DNA from: Ruditapes philippinarum | Taxonomy: Eukaryota | Direction of reading: 5' to 3' | Length of the DNA: 64,000 bases | NCBI RefSeq assembly: GCF_026571515.1 | Contig: NW_026856982.1 | Span: 62,001 to 126,000, forward strand | Part shown: in pieces, positions 1 to 13,200 of the stretch | Layout of the letters: each line of letters begins with the position of its first letter | Position numbering within the stretch: the first letter of the stretch is position 1 | Notes under the pieces: model-generated | The model's input: the letters and a program-made list of their open reading frames with translations, nothing else | The model's database searches: none | Told to the model about the DNA's origin: nothing | Position numbers and translations under genes: made by a program

Positions 1-306
1 AATGATGACACTGTTTTGGAAGATGATATAGAAAATTTTGTGAGACGAACTCCTGACTGTTTCATAAGATATGTACCTCCAGAGGGTGTATCAAATTCAA
101 CCCTTGTTTTCTGTCAGCCTGTCATAGGTAGATGTAACACTTCCGGTACATGGAAAACTTACGACGCAAAGGTCGAGTCGTTGTGCCACGACGCGAGGCT
201 GGAGCAAATTTACATTGTCAACATAGATTTTGTAGAATACTCGTAATTATCTATACGTCATTTTATTTGTTAGATGTTGGTATCGAAAATGTTGCATTTG
301 AACCTC

Positions 307-396
307 AAAACTCAAACTCGCCTTATTCGAAATACCGCATTAGTCGATCTACAAAACTCAAACTCGCCTTATTCAAAATACCGCATTAGTCGATCT
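307..396. repeat. Two-copy ~45-bp tandem duplication in an intron
   Basis: caaaactcaaactcgccttattc(g/a)aaataccgcattagtcgatcta occurs twice in a row. Confidence 0.85.
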
Positions 397-959
397 ATAT
401 ACAGTATATGCATATATTTTAAAGAAACATAAACAGGCGAGTCGTATCAGTATAATCTGGCAAGCGTGCGTTTTATAAATGCTTATTAAAGGGTATCGAT
501 CTATATCTTATGAAATAGTTTTGTAAAATTTATCAACAGTAAAATTATATTGCTTCTTTTATTATATGGTTGATTTCTGAAAAAAAGTTGTAACGCAGAA
601 TGTCTCCATTATTTAACACATAATGTATGTAAACAGAATAAATGTTCCGGAACAAATTATTATTTTGCTATTTTAAGTTTAGCAATGATTTTGTGTATGC
701 GCCATTTGCTTTTAAGGCGATTAACTATCTTTTTGACTTTGGAAGTATGCCTTTTTAAAATTCAAACAATACATATTGCAGTAGATATATAGCTTTATTC
801 ACTTTAAGGGTGCTTGCTCGCCAGTAAATTACAAGTCCAAAATGAAGGAAAAATTCACATTGACGTTAAGAATAAAATGTTCATTTTTGATTCATTATAA
901 ATTCAATTTGCGTTAATGATATTAATCAGAGTACGGTTTTTTCCAAACCCTTATACAGC

Positions 960-1180
960 NNNNNNNNNNNNNNNNNNNNNNNNNNNNNNNNNNNNNNNNN
1001 NNNNNNNNNNNNNNNNNNNNNNNNNNNNNNNNNNNNNNNNNNNNNNNNNNNNNNNNNNNNNNNNNNNNNNNNNNNNNNNNNNNNNNNNNNNNNNNNNNNN
1101 NNNNNNNNNNNNNNNNNNNNNNNNNNNNNNNNNNNNNNNNNNNNNNNNNNNNNNNNNNNNNNNNNNNNNNNNNNNNNNNN
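960..1180. other. Assembly gap (N run)
   Basis: Run of N. Confidence 1.
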
Positions 1181-3322
1181 CAAAAATCACTAATTTATTC
1201 ATAAAATTTTATGAAATTGACATTTTTTTATTTGGAGTTATTTCAACGGTGCATTACGAAAAATGCCGAAACACAGCGAATTTTCACGAAGTTATGTCAG
1301 AAATACTTTTGTTTTACAGTTTCAAGAATGTTTTCTGTGCTATCTGTAATGGTAGAGATGCTGATCATATAAATAACTGTATGCCTGTAATCGTTGGACC
1401 ACTCAATCCTACAGACCTTCACGCACTTCTTACCTTCAGTGGAGAAAACGTCGCCGGGATGGGCTTTAACAAGAAATATTGTCCCGTTGGAACGGTTTAT
1501 ATACCAGTCCTGGTACGGTTAAATAGGCTCATTTAGAAATTCCTCAGACATTATCTCAGACTGGACGGAAATTTTCTTCCTTTTTACCTTTTCTTATTAT
1601 GTATTTATCTTAGTTGTTTATTTATTTATTTTTGAGCCACGTTTACAGCCCGTTTATTTCAAGAAAAGAAAACAAACATGATAAGTATAGCATTTGTCCA
1701 AATTGTTACAAATATTTATAAGACATGACCTATAACAAAGCATTTTTACATTTTGTTCCATACCGTTATTTACTTTTTTATAAATTGTCTTAATATCTTT
1801 TGTGTATTTTCAGTTGATGCTATTTATTTTTATGATTTTAGGAATCATGTAAGAGTGTACACTGCACGTCTCCATATGTGGTCGATATTCTACGTAACAC
1901 GTGCGTTCTACGGTCGTTGGTATCTCAATCTGTAAGTGTACACATACCTATCTTGGTCAGTCTAAACCAAAGTATTCCGCTCTTCAATTATGGAGAGTTA
2001 CATAATGACGTCACCAGTATACTAGCTGCTCTGTATACGACGTCATGTATAAGTGACGTCTTTTTTGTCGATGAATTAGACACTACCTACACACCTGACA
2101 TGACCAGTGATTCGCTCCTAACTACACGCGTGCAAGCTCTTTATATTTCTTTGCACGTGATAGAATCCACGCCACATCTCAACTACGATGAATATGTAGC
2201 AACCGTCAATACAGAACACAATCAAGTCATCCATGATTTAAATGTTTTGATGAAATTTAGCTACCGCCAGCTACCGCCAGCTGGATCCATTATATGTAAA
2301 TCGGCAAACCTATATCGACAGTGATATGATTGTGGAGAGAAATCCGTACAATGGCGCGGCGCTCGTATCTAACCCACTGATCACAGTCAATTGCAATTGC
2401 TCAGAAAAAGGTGAACTTGGAATGGACTACCCGTTGCATTTTATGGAATGCCCTTCAGCATTGATATCACTGGCAGAATTCGGTGTAACTCGGATGGACT
2501 CGGGCCTAAGATTCGGAGAGAAAGGAGTCATAAGTTTCAGTGAATTCAGAAGCGTTAACTCTTCACATGTTTACGTTTGTATCGATTCCATGAAGAAAAA
2601 AGTACAAAACTGGTCTTCACGTGGAAATTTAATCTTTGATAGATATGCTGTGTTTCTCATTTTTACTTTGCATCTGTTAATGATATTGCTTTGGTAAATC
2701 AAAGCACTGAAAGGCTGAATTACTGGAAACCAGCGAAGCACGTGGAACTATTTTTGTATTAATCCGCCTGATATTTCGCTCACGTGATTAGCAAACTGTC
2801 GGTTATTTGACAACGGTATTTGTGACTCGTATAATAGCCGAGGAGTTCCGATGAAAAGCCTCGTTTTTACTGTTATTTTTCTGTTTGTTTGTTGTTATAA
2901 CCAGTTGCATATTATATGCCTTGGTTTAATAAAAACTGAAACTGAAAACTGAAATGTTCATACTGATAAAATGTGATAGACTTTTACTAAGTATTTTCGT
3001 TTTCTCATATACATTGTACTTTTTATGTTCTGCATTCTCAAGTCATAAATACTTCAAACATTATCCGCTTTCCCCATGAAATGCAAAAACACAAAAATTC
3101 CAACAAAAAATATTTACGCTATTTGCAACCATGTTTTTCCCGATAATATATATGTTCGTTGCTTTTCGTTTACATGTTATTACCTATAAATGTTAAAACT
3201 GTATTATGTAGTTTATGACAATATAAAAATAAAATTCTTGTATTGTGGTGTATATTTCAATTTTGCAATATAGTGTTTTAAGAAATTAAAAATTACTGTA
3301 CACAGTTTTCTGAACTTTTTAA

Positions 3323-3658
3323 AGCTGCATGCATCCAGATTCATGATAATTTTTTGAAAATTTTGAAAATGTACTAAAAAGTATAATATTGTGATTTAAT
3401 TGAAAGGAAACAATTACATTAATTATCAATGGCACTTGCAACCCAAAATTAAATTACCAAAAAGAGGTTACAATTTGCAAAAAGTACCCTTACTGTGTTA
3501 GAAATTGTTATAAAAACTGAAAAAATTGTCATTTGTCACACAACACATGTAAATTATTACTTGAATCTTGAATCTGTTTACTCTTTCTATAACATTAGTA
3601 CATTTTTCTCAAGTTTGATTTTATTGCAATAATTTGGCTCATCTGGAGGCATGTTGCT
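3323..3658. mobile_element. TTAA-flanked MITE (Kolobok-like non-autonomous element)
   Basis: TTAA|AGCTGCATGCATCCAGAT ... ATCTGGAGGCATGTTGCT|TTAA terminal inverted repeats. Related copies at ~55617-55960 and ~60432-60798. Confidence 0.65.
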
Positions 3659-4978
3659 TTAAAGTTTTATGTAATAGATTAGTTTCTAATATTCGATGTA
3701 TTCAAATGCTTAGTAGAGTTGAACAGATCTTTTGCTAGAAATTTCCACTCGCTTTGATATTTATAGACGATGAAAAAATGAAATATAATCCTACATTATT
3801 GTATAAAGAAATATATGGCGCAGAGAAATCATCGCAGAAATGTGAAAGACATTTTAAACGTTGTTAGCTTGTTGTAATCAAAAGAAATATATCTACAATA
3901 ACGTCAATCACCTAAGTCCACGAAATTTGTCCGGCGTTCGTCACAATTTGACTAATGGTTAATCTTTTAGATGACATCAAATTGTTTATGAAGTTGATGA
4001 GTACTGATTTAATGTATTATTTTGTTATTGCATTTCTTCCCTACGCAAAATGCGCATGCGCGAAATGCAACATCCGTTTCTATGGACATATCCTTTTGTA
4101 AATAGGTCTATAAAAAGCCATTTGGCCATTGCGGTCCCTCATATCTTTCGTCATGTGTAATATGTAAGCCTAATATATATGACATGCATAATGAATTCAA
4201 ACACATAACTTCTCCCTGCCCAATACCTAAATTGTGCCAATGTCTTATTTAAATACGATGGATATTTCAATATGAACCAGTTACGAACAAGTTACCCTGA
4301 CCCTTCTTAGATACTTACAATACACTTAGAGGCACTTATAACCCGACACTGACATTTTTCGGCATAAATTGGTCATTTATTGAAGGATTTTGATCAAATT
4401 TGGACCATACAAAATACAACGTATTATACTTACTATTTAGAATTTTATTTACAATTCATTGACAAGAAAATAGGAAAAATAACAAAACAAATAGACTTGG
4501 TGAATATTTCGCCATTCCTAAACAAGGCCTTGCTCGAGTTCCCGTAAATTGTGGCATGAATTGAACAGGTGTGTGATAAAGCGACTTGTATAGCCCCTCG
4601 AAATAGAGAAATATTCCCCAAACCTTTTTCAGAAACTACGTCATTTCCATGAGACGGAGGTGTTTAAATTTTGTTATAGCTATGGCAGGACACACACAGT
4701 ATTAGATCCGGTTAACATACAGATTTAGTGCGATTCAGAGACTGCTCGTTTTGTTACGACTTTTACAGCCATTCTGTGATTTTTCATTTAACAGTAGCCT
4801 ATAAGTATTTGTTTTTTTTTATTTTCTTGTCATTGAATTGTAAATAAAATTATAAGTTGTAAGTATGATATATTGAATTTTGTATGTACCAAACTTGAAC
4901 AAAATCCGTACACAGATAACCAATTTATACCGAAAAATGTAAGTGCATCTGAGTGAATATCTAAGTCTATCAAATATA

Positions 4979-5200
4979 TATGAGCCGTGTCACGACAAAA
5001 ACAACGTAATGCGTTTGCGACCAGCATGGATTCAGACCAGCCTGCGCATCCGCGCAGTCTGATCAGGATCCATGCTGTTCGCTAACAATCACTATTACAA
5101 GTAGAGAAACTGATAGCGAACAGCATGGATCTTGATCTGGATCCATGCTGGTCGCAAACCTATAATGTTGGTTTTGTCGTGACGTGTCGTGACGCGGCTC
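4979..5200. mobile_element. Palindromic MITE, ATGAGCCG family, copy 1 (internal deletion in the right arm)
   Basis: ATGAGCCGTGTCACGACAAAA...TTTTGTCGTGAC...GCGGCTCA. Homologous to 13790-14030 and 56268-56500. Confidence 0.8.
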
Positions 5201-7216
5201 AAAGTGACGCTTGTTGCAATGTAGGCATACTTCGGAATATGATTATTAAAGAAAAAAAATGTCAGCGAAGATTTCCTTTTTACTTTCGTACCTTAATAAA
5301 AACAAGTCTTTTTTTTCATTGAACTGCTATAAGAATCGGTCTGAAAATGTGATATTGACTTTTTCCGTGTGGCAAATGACTGGTCTCTTGACGGACAATT
5401 TTCTATTACACTTTGTTTCCATTTCAAACAATTCGTGAACAAAAAACTAGAATTAAATGATATTATATTTGACATGTAAGTAACATCAGCTGACCAGGTA
5501 AGGCCAAGAAGGCCAATATAAGGAAAATGCCTGCCAATCACGCTCCTTCACATATGCTAAGAAGTTCAAAAATATAAACCTGTCATGGAAACACCTTTTA
5601 CTGGAAATGCAAGAGAAAAAAAAGAAAGCGGATAACTTGTCCATGAAAATTGTAAAATGATAATATAATTCCTTTAAAACAAAAGGCAAGCATGCTTATT
5701 GATAAAGGGTGGACTCACAATATAAAATAATGATTTAAGATTGAATTTTTATTGAATCTATCTGGACTATACTTTTTTGTACGTTAGATCCTTCTCAAGA
5801 TGATGAAGAAAGCTCGAACCTACTAACTGGAACACAAACATATACAAATGTGACTTAATCACCAAGGACTCTTTAGCATAAACGACAGTCGTCAATTTAT
5901 AATACACTTTATAAATACGCATCTGTTCACAAAAACTACTACATTCTTTTGACGATTTTGACTTAATTTCCATTGAAGTCATTACGAAGTCGTGGCACAT
6001 ATTGCCAGGGTTTATTTTTCAAACATTTTGGCGGAGTTATTGCCCTTTGTTCTCAACTGCTACCAATCGTAATAACTCGGCAATCTCTGTCAAGTTGTTC
6101 TTGAAGTCGCCCGAGGTGTTCCGATTGAATTGCTGGTGTATTTTACAGATGAGCACTGGCGCATATTGTCGGTATTGGCAGAATTATGACCCTTTGGGAG
6201 TAGAGAAATAATTATACTTCTGTGTGCAACTTTTTTTTTTATATTACAAACAACTCGAGTTTTTATATTACATTAAAATTTTATACATATATTGGCCTAA
6301 TGTAATATATCATATAATATCACTGTACAAATTCCATAACACTTATTAACATTTTAACAGAATTTTTTGCCCTTTTTTTGGCATAAGAAGTTTAAGTTAA
6401 GATAGGAGTAAATCACTGTCACTGATAGCTCCGGATTATAATATATATAAATGCATAATAGATGATACATTTATAAAGTAAATAATAAACAAGTAAATGT
6501 TCAAAGCAAACAAAATGATCAAGCAACGTAATATATTACTATATATTAAAGAATGAATTAGAATTAGGAAAATTTTTAATTTGTTTAATATGCATCTAAT
6601 TAGATAAATTAGCATTTCTAATCTGTATAAAATACAAGATTCTAATTAATATTGGCTGATATGTTACATATTTTTAAAAAAATAAAAAGGACATAATACC
6701 CCCAGAAATGCTCGAATTGCAAAATTCTGACAACACATGTGTAGTAAGCAAGTCTACAAGATATAATAAGCCACGCCTTTAATATCAAATATCGTTATTG
6801 TTACTGTGTGTATGTTTACTTGATGTTTGGGAGTTTATGAGTGTATACTTGGATGCAACACATATAATAAAATATATAAACCATCCTTCGGGTCTTGTTT
6901 AGTTTGTGTGTTAGTAAGCCATCCAAATAGAAAATACAAATGTTACAACATGCACCAGGGTATATCTGTGAAACAAAAAATGAAGGTTGATAACCTGGTG
7001 TTTGTCTCATTGCATCATTTGCGGATGTGTTCTTAAACTGACCTAACATTTGTTAGATTCAGACATCCAGGTTAAACTGACCTAATATTAAAGGATAATC
7101 TAGACTGATAACAAAGATTACGGGGTTATTGGACTGTGTCACCGCACAGATAACCGGTTACCTAGTTTGTCGTTATATTAGGTCACATTTTGTGTAGACA
7201 TACTCTCTGTGACAAC

Positions 7217-10200
7217 ATGGATATATCCTCACTAGGTATGTATAATTGTTGAAACAATTTTGAGTAATTCTTCCGCAATATTTTGTATGGGTCTAGTTTT
7301 CAAAAGAAAAAAAATCATGTCATGAAAATATGTCTCCTTTCCTAGTAGTGCATGCTTTGAATTGTCAACCAAAAAAAACACCCTGATATTCGTAGGTTTA
7401 TTTGTTGTTTTTAGGGGTGGGGGAGTTGTTGTCTTTCGAGATAGGTTCGACCTTTCCAACCTGAAGTATTATTATCACTGGTTCATTGACTTGCATAGAT
7501 TAAATACATGTCTCAGTCAATACCAGCAACTTTGAATTAAAGTCTCATCCAAAAATACTGTTTGAACGACTATTATAATTAGAGTAGTGGGCTATCAGAC
7601 CACTCAATAAACATAAATTTTCGTAGCAAATAACAGTTTTATCCATAACAAATAAAATCATAGAACAAGCTTATTATCTAGACTCGTTCACAAATCAGCT
7701 GTTGTCATCGCTACCCGGCATCCCTTACCCCGGAGGATACCGGTGACTATTAGCCAAGATTTTACCAAACGTCTGACACTGCAGTGGTTTTCTAACCCTG
7801 AATATCTTATATCCAGCTCGCAGTGTGGGGACTTTTAGCGGGGATGTGACCTTGAACCGTAGGGCGAGAAATTTGAAAATAGTTTGATTATCCCAAAGTC
7901 GGAGTATTCTGCGTGATAGGACCGGGATTATAAACATCTTAATACTTGCCTTAGTGCGATTCAGTATTGCTAAACACTAAAGCACAACAGAATATATAGG
8001 TCGATTGAGAGTTTTATATTTGAAGATATTATTATCAAACTTTCAGATGCAAAATTCCAGGAGTTGATAAAAGCTGCAGTTGATGTGAAGAATAATGCAT
8101 ATTGTCCGTACAGTAATTTCCGAGTTGGGGCTTCAGTTCTATGTACGGACGGTTCCATTTACGCTGGTATGTATGTCATAAAAGGGGAATGGATAACGAT
8201 TTGAGATTAATCGACTGTTTAATAACTAATACGGCCACAGTATGCGATGTTCTTTCGTTCAATTTTTAACCATTCAATTGTGTATGAAGATATCCGGCTT
8301 TAAGTTTAGAACAGTCCATTTAAAGTTTTAAAGGATTTCAATATCAAAATACATGTACAAAAATTGAGCTACCAAAGCATTAAGCTGGTGGCAAAGGTTA
8401 ATCACCAATCGCATCTTCTCGGCCCTTTCCGTCAAACGGCAATTAATGAATATATGTAGTTAATGAATATATGTAATTAATGAATATATGTAATTAATGA
8501 ATATAGGTAAATAATGAATAAAGTAATTGATGAATATAGGTAACTAACGAATATATGTATTTAATGAATATAGGTAATTAATGAATATATTTATTGATGA
8601 ATATAGATAATTAACGAATATCATTAAATATATGTAATTAGGGATTTATGTAATAAACGAATATTTGTAATAAATGAATATATGTAATTGATGAATATAT
8701 TTGATTAATGAATTTAGGTAATTAATGCATAGAGGTTATAAATGAATATAATTATGCCATAAATGAATTACAGGCTGTAATGTAGAGAATGCGTCATATG
8801 GTTTGTGCGTCTGTGCGGAGAGGAACGCCGTCATGAAAGCGGTGTCCGAGGGGAAGATGAATTTTGTAGCGGCAGCTGTCTCGTGGTATGTCAAACCCTA
8901 GTTTATATTACATGTCATTAAACTATAGTTTTAAAATCATATTATGTTGTCATAACACTTGAATTATAGAAAAATGTGGACATTGTTCAAAAATAAGGAA
9001 AAAACGTGTGAAATGTCTAGTGGCTACACTTTTTACACTTTTTGGGCACGATCCTGGTGAACCTTGGTATACAAACAAGATACTTAAAAACTATTCTGCT
9101 TAAATAATATTGATATGAACAGGTACGTATATACGTACCTGTTATGAAGGACAGATTAAAGGAGATAAATTAAGACTTTTCAGAAAATATATGTATATCA
9201 ACATTCCTGTTGTTAGTTTGGCCTAATACCTATGTACGTAAGCTCGATTGCAAAACAAGTTCTTGCAATTTATATTAATTACTTTCGAGTCCGCTTCCTG
9301 GAACTAACCAGTACTGGTGTCATATGAAGGAACATGGTCGTGACCCGATTAGGGCTCGAACCCACGGTCCCTAGGTTGAAAGGCAGGCACCTTAACAAAT
9401 AGGTCCCCGCTCTTCTAGTTAGTTCACTTGTTATATGTTCTCTTATCATATGTAGGCACAATGGTTATCTACACCTGTTTCAAAAGTCTACTAGCGATAT
9501 AAACAACAAAATTCTGTTTGCAAGCGCCTTTTGAATGTTTACGTTTTAGTTAAATAAAACCCCACGGATGGCCACCTGAGTCATTCCTCCACCGGTTAAG
9601 CTGGAAAGTCGCCATATGACCTTTACAGTGTTGGTGCGACATCAAGTCAAACAAAAAAAGAATGCCGCTGCTGCTGATGATGATGATGCTGCTGCTGCTG
9701 ATGATGATGATGATGATCAGTAATAATATTAAGAACGTTTAATTTGATTTTCAGTGACATTAAAGGCGACTTTAAAGGTCCGTGTGGAGTCTGTAGACAA
9801 GTATTTGCTGAGGTAATATAAATCGTAATTTCCTCGACCCTTATGAATAAAATAGCCGTTGTGTTCCGAGTGAGATGATATCTTTATTACTCTGCTGCAA
9901 CAAAATATCACGCCTGTTTAACTCACAACGAGTGTAAAATATCCATTGGTAAAAATGTTGTGAGCAACTTCCGTTCCTCGTTGTGAGCACCCATCTATGA
10001 CGTGTAACACGATAAACAAGGTGAATTTTCCATAATTTATGAAGATTACAGACATTAATATAAAAATATCGGAATGCAGTTAGCTAGCGATGTGTTTTCC
10101 GAGTATGCACATGTAAAGACAATGCCTGTTGGTCGACACTTTGATGGAAATACCGTGCGACGCAGACACTCGGGGTAGCTGTAAAACTGAAGACATCTTC

Positions 10201-13200
10201 TCTCCGGACCAAATTTAAAATTGAAAACGTCGATTCTAGTGAAGTTTTGTGCATTCTAACCTGAAACAGATGCCCACAAGTCTTCAGCGTAAATTATTAT
10301 CTGAAAGTCTTCATAGAAATGAAGAAATACCCTTTTTTGCTTTAATCCTCGTTGTGAGCACCATATAACCTCGTTGTAAGCAAGACAAGCGCAATGCTTG
10401 TCTGGTTTTAATATGTAATTCAAATGGCGAGAATACAATTTTCAATCTACCAAAAGCAATCAAAACGTTTATGCACAATAGTTTTCCTTTGCAATAGTTT
10501 TTCTTTTTCTACATAACTTGGCCAGTGTAACATGAATGAAGCTCAGGATAAATACATGCATGTTTATATCACACAGACTGCCCTCGATGTAGGTATATGT
10601 AGGGTTTTTTTTTGTTTACCATTATCTATTAAGCTAAGAATATATTTGTGTAGTGTTAAAGTTACAACACACTATAAACTTGTAAGTAATCCTCCGTGAA
10701 AAACGATAGTCGCATAATAACAGATTCAAATAGTTCTCAGCGTTTGTTTGCTATGTAAAGCATTTTTCCTGATTTTAGTTGCACTGTCTTCCCTAGAAAG
10801 CTCATGACAGTCTGTGTTTGACATTTAAATAGCATTTTCATCCTGAGATAATGGCATTTTTAGAAATCTTCTTGACTTCTTAGGTGTAACACCACTAGTA
10901 CAATTTTGGGTTAGCTGATTTCAAAGTTTTTGGATTTTCTAGAAGGTCATTCAGGGGTCAAGGTAAAAAAATATAGATCAGTTTGATGGTCTTGTCTATA
11001 GGGGTGTTGTGTCCAAATATGAGTATTATCCGTATACTAATAAGGAAGTTATGAGCAATTTTTAAGTTTTTGGACAATTTGACCTTCAATGTGAATGTCA
11101 TTCAGGGGTCAAGGTCAAAAGAATATAGGTCAGTTGGAAGGCCTTGTCCAAAGAGGTGTTGTGCCTAAATATGAATTAAATTGATTTACTAATAAGGACA
11201 TTATGGTCAATCTTAAATGATTTTGGACAATTTGACCTTCAAGGTAAAGGCCATTCAGGGTTAAAGGTAAAATACAGGTCCGTATATGAAGGTATTGTGC
11301 AAAGGGATGTTGTGTTCAAATATGAATCAAATCCGTTTACTAATAAGGCAGTTATGGCCAATGTAAAAGTTTTCGGACGGATTGACGGACTGACGGACGG
11401 ACAGTTCAAAACCCCTTCGGGTATATTGCAAAAAAAATGCTGCTGTGCAAAAAAGTTTTAATTGCTTTGGTAGATTGAAAACTATATTTTCACCATCTGA
11501 ATTACATATTAAAACCATACACGCACTGCGCTTGTCTTGCTCACAACGAGGTTATGGTGCTCACAACGAGGATTAAAGCAAAAAAGGGTATATCTTCGTT
11601 TCTATGAAGACTTTCAGGTAATAATTTACGCTGTCAAAGACTCGGGGCATCTGTTTTAGGTTAGAATGCACAAAACTTCACCAGAATCGACGTTTTCAAT
11701 TATAAATTTGGTCCGGAGAGAAGTTGTCTCCAGTTTTTCAGCTACCCCGAGTGACTGCGTCGCACGGTATTTCCATCAAAGTGTCCACCAACAGGCAATA
11801 TCTTTACATGTGCATACTCGGAAAACACATCGCTAGCTAACTGCATTCCGATATGTTTACATTAATGTCTGTAATCTTCAAAAATTATGAAAAACTTACC
11901 TTGTTTACCGTGTTACACGTCAGAGATGGGTGTTCATAACGAGGAATGGAAGTTGCACCGATGGATATTTTACACTTGTTGTGAATTAAACGGGCGTGAA
12001 TATGGCCAAACACTACCATCAGTATAGAGCCAAATCACCTTGCACATATTTGCAGTCTGACCAGGTTCAATACTGTTGGTATTTTTATATTTGAATCTAT
12101 TATATTTAAATGGACTGTTCCAAATTTAAAGGAGGATAAGTTCATTACATAAATTCACGAGGTGAGAGGTTAACAATTTTTGTTCAATATGAATATGTTT
12201 TGTACGGCTTATCTTTTCATCCCAGCTGGATTTTGGCGTTCAAAAACACCTTATCCAAAATGGCCGGAAAGCTGCGTTCGAGAACAATGGTCATTGTGTC
12301 CACAATTTCATTTTGTTATTCGTATATTGCTCGGATTTTTATGCTCCCCGAAAATTTCGGTGGAGCATATAGTCGCCGGGTTGTCCGTCAGTCCATCCGT
12401 CCGAACGTCCCGAATACGTGTCCGGCCCATAACTTCGTAATTTGAAGTCGGATTTTACAACTATTTCACAGAAATGATCACCATATTGAGACGCTTGTCG
12501 CGCGCAACATTTGGGTCGCTACCTTGAAGGTCAAGGTCAAAGAATGACCTTGCAGCAAAATCGTGTCCGGCCCATAACTTTGTTAATTGAAGTCGGATTT
12601 TAAAAATATTTCACAGAAATAATCACTATATTGAGACGACGTGTCGCGTGCAACATTTGGGTCGCTACCTTGAAGGTCAAGGTCACAGCATGACCTTGCA
12701 GCAAAATCGTGTCCGGCCCATAACTTTGTTGTTTTTTTTTTTAAAGTCTGATTTTAAAACTATTTTATGGAAATGATCACCATATTGAGATGACGTGTCA
12801 CGCGCAACATTTGGGTCGCTACCTTGAAGGTCAAGGTCACAGCATGACCTTGCAGCAAAATTGTGTCAGGCCTATAACTTCGTTATGTGAAGTCGGATTT
12901 TACAACTATTTCACAGAAATGATCACCATATTGAGAAGATGTGTCGCGCACAACATTTGGGTCGCTACCTTGTTTTAACACTTTGAACTTTGACTGTGAC
13001 ATAACTCACAACAAGAGGTATACCTTCCTGTGTCCAAAACCTATTCGGAGAGCATCACCCGGTTCAACCGGCTCTTGTTGAATTATTCTGTACTTGACTA
13101 GGTATTGCTATTGAAAAACATAATATATTATGATCAGTCAAAGGGGAAAAACTTGTATCACTTTAATTTTAGACAGACAGAGTTATTTACCATTGCAAAG

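Larger units (their letters stand above)
1..2697 (+). pseudogene. 3' part of a Cys-rich extracellular protein gene (resembles ectodomains of invertebrate adhesion/Methuselah-like GPCRs), ending in a hydrophobic GPI-signal-like tail; frameshifted in the last exon as assembled
   Basis: Phase-compatible GT-AG exons <1..242, 1320..1512 and 1842..2697 splice to ...VEYS/FKNVFCAICN...YIPVL/ESCKSVHC.... Removing one copy of the 10-bp duplication CTACCGCCAG (2261-2280) fuses ORFs 1878..2324 and 2326..2697. The 5' end lies outside the window. Could be a null allele or an assembly error rather than a fixed pseudogene. Confidence 0.6.

Noticed and set aside
916-1202. ORFs spanning N runs (also 29349-29809)
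   Set aside because: Artefacts of assembly gaps; only 1320..1512 is a supported exon.
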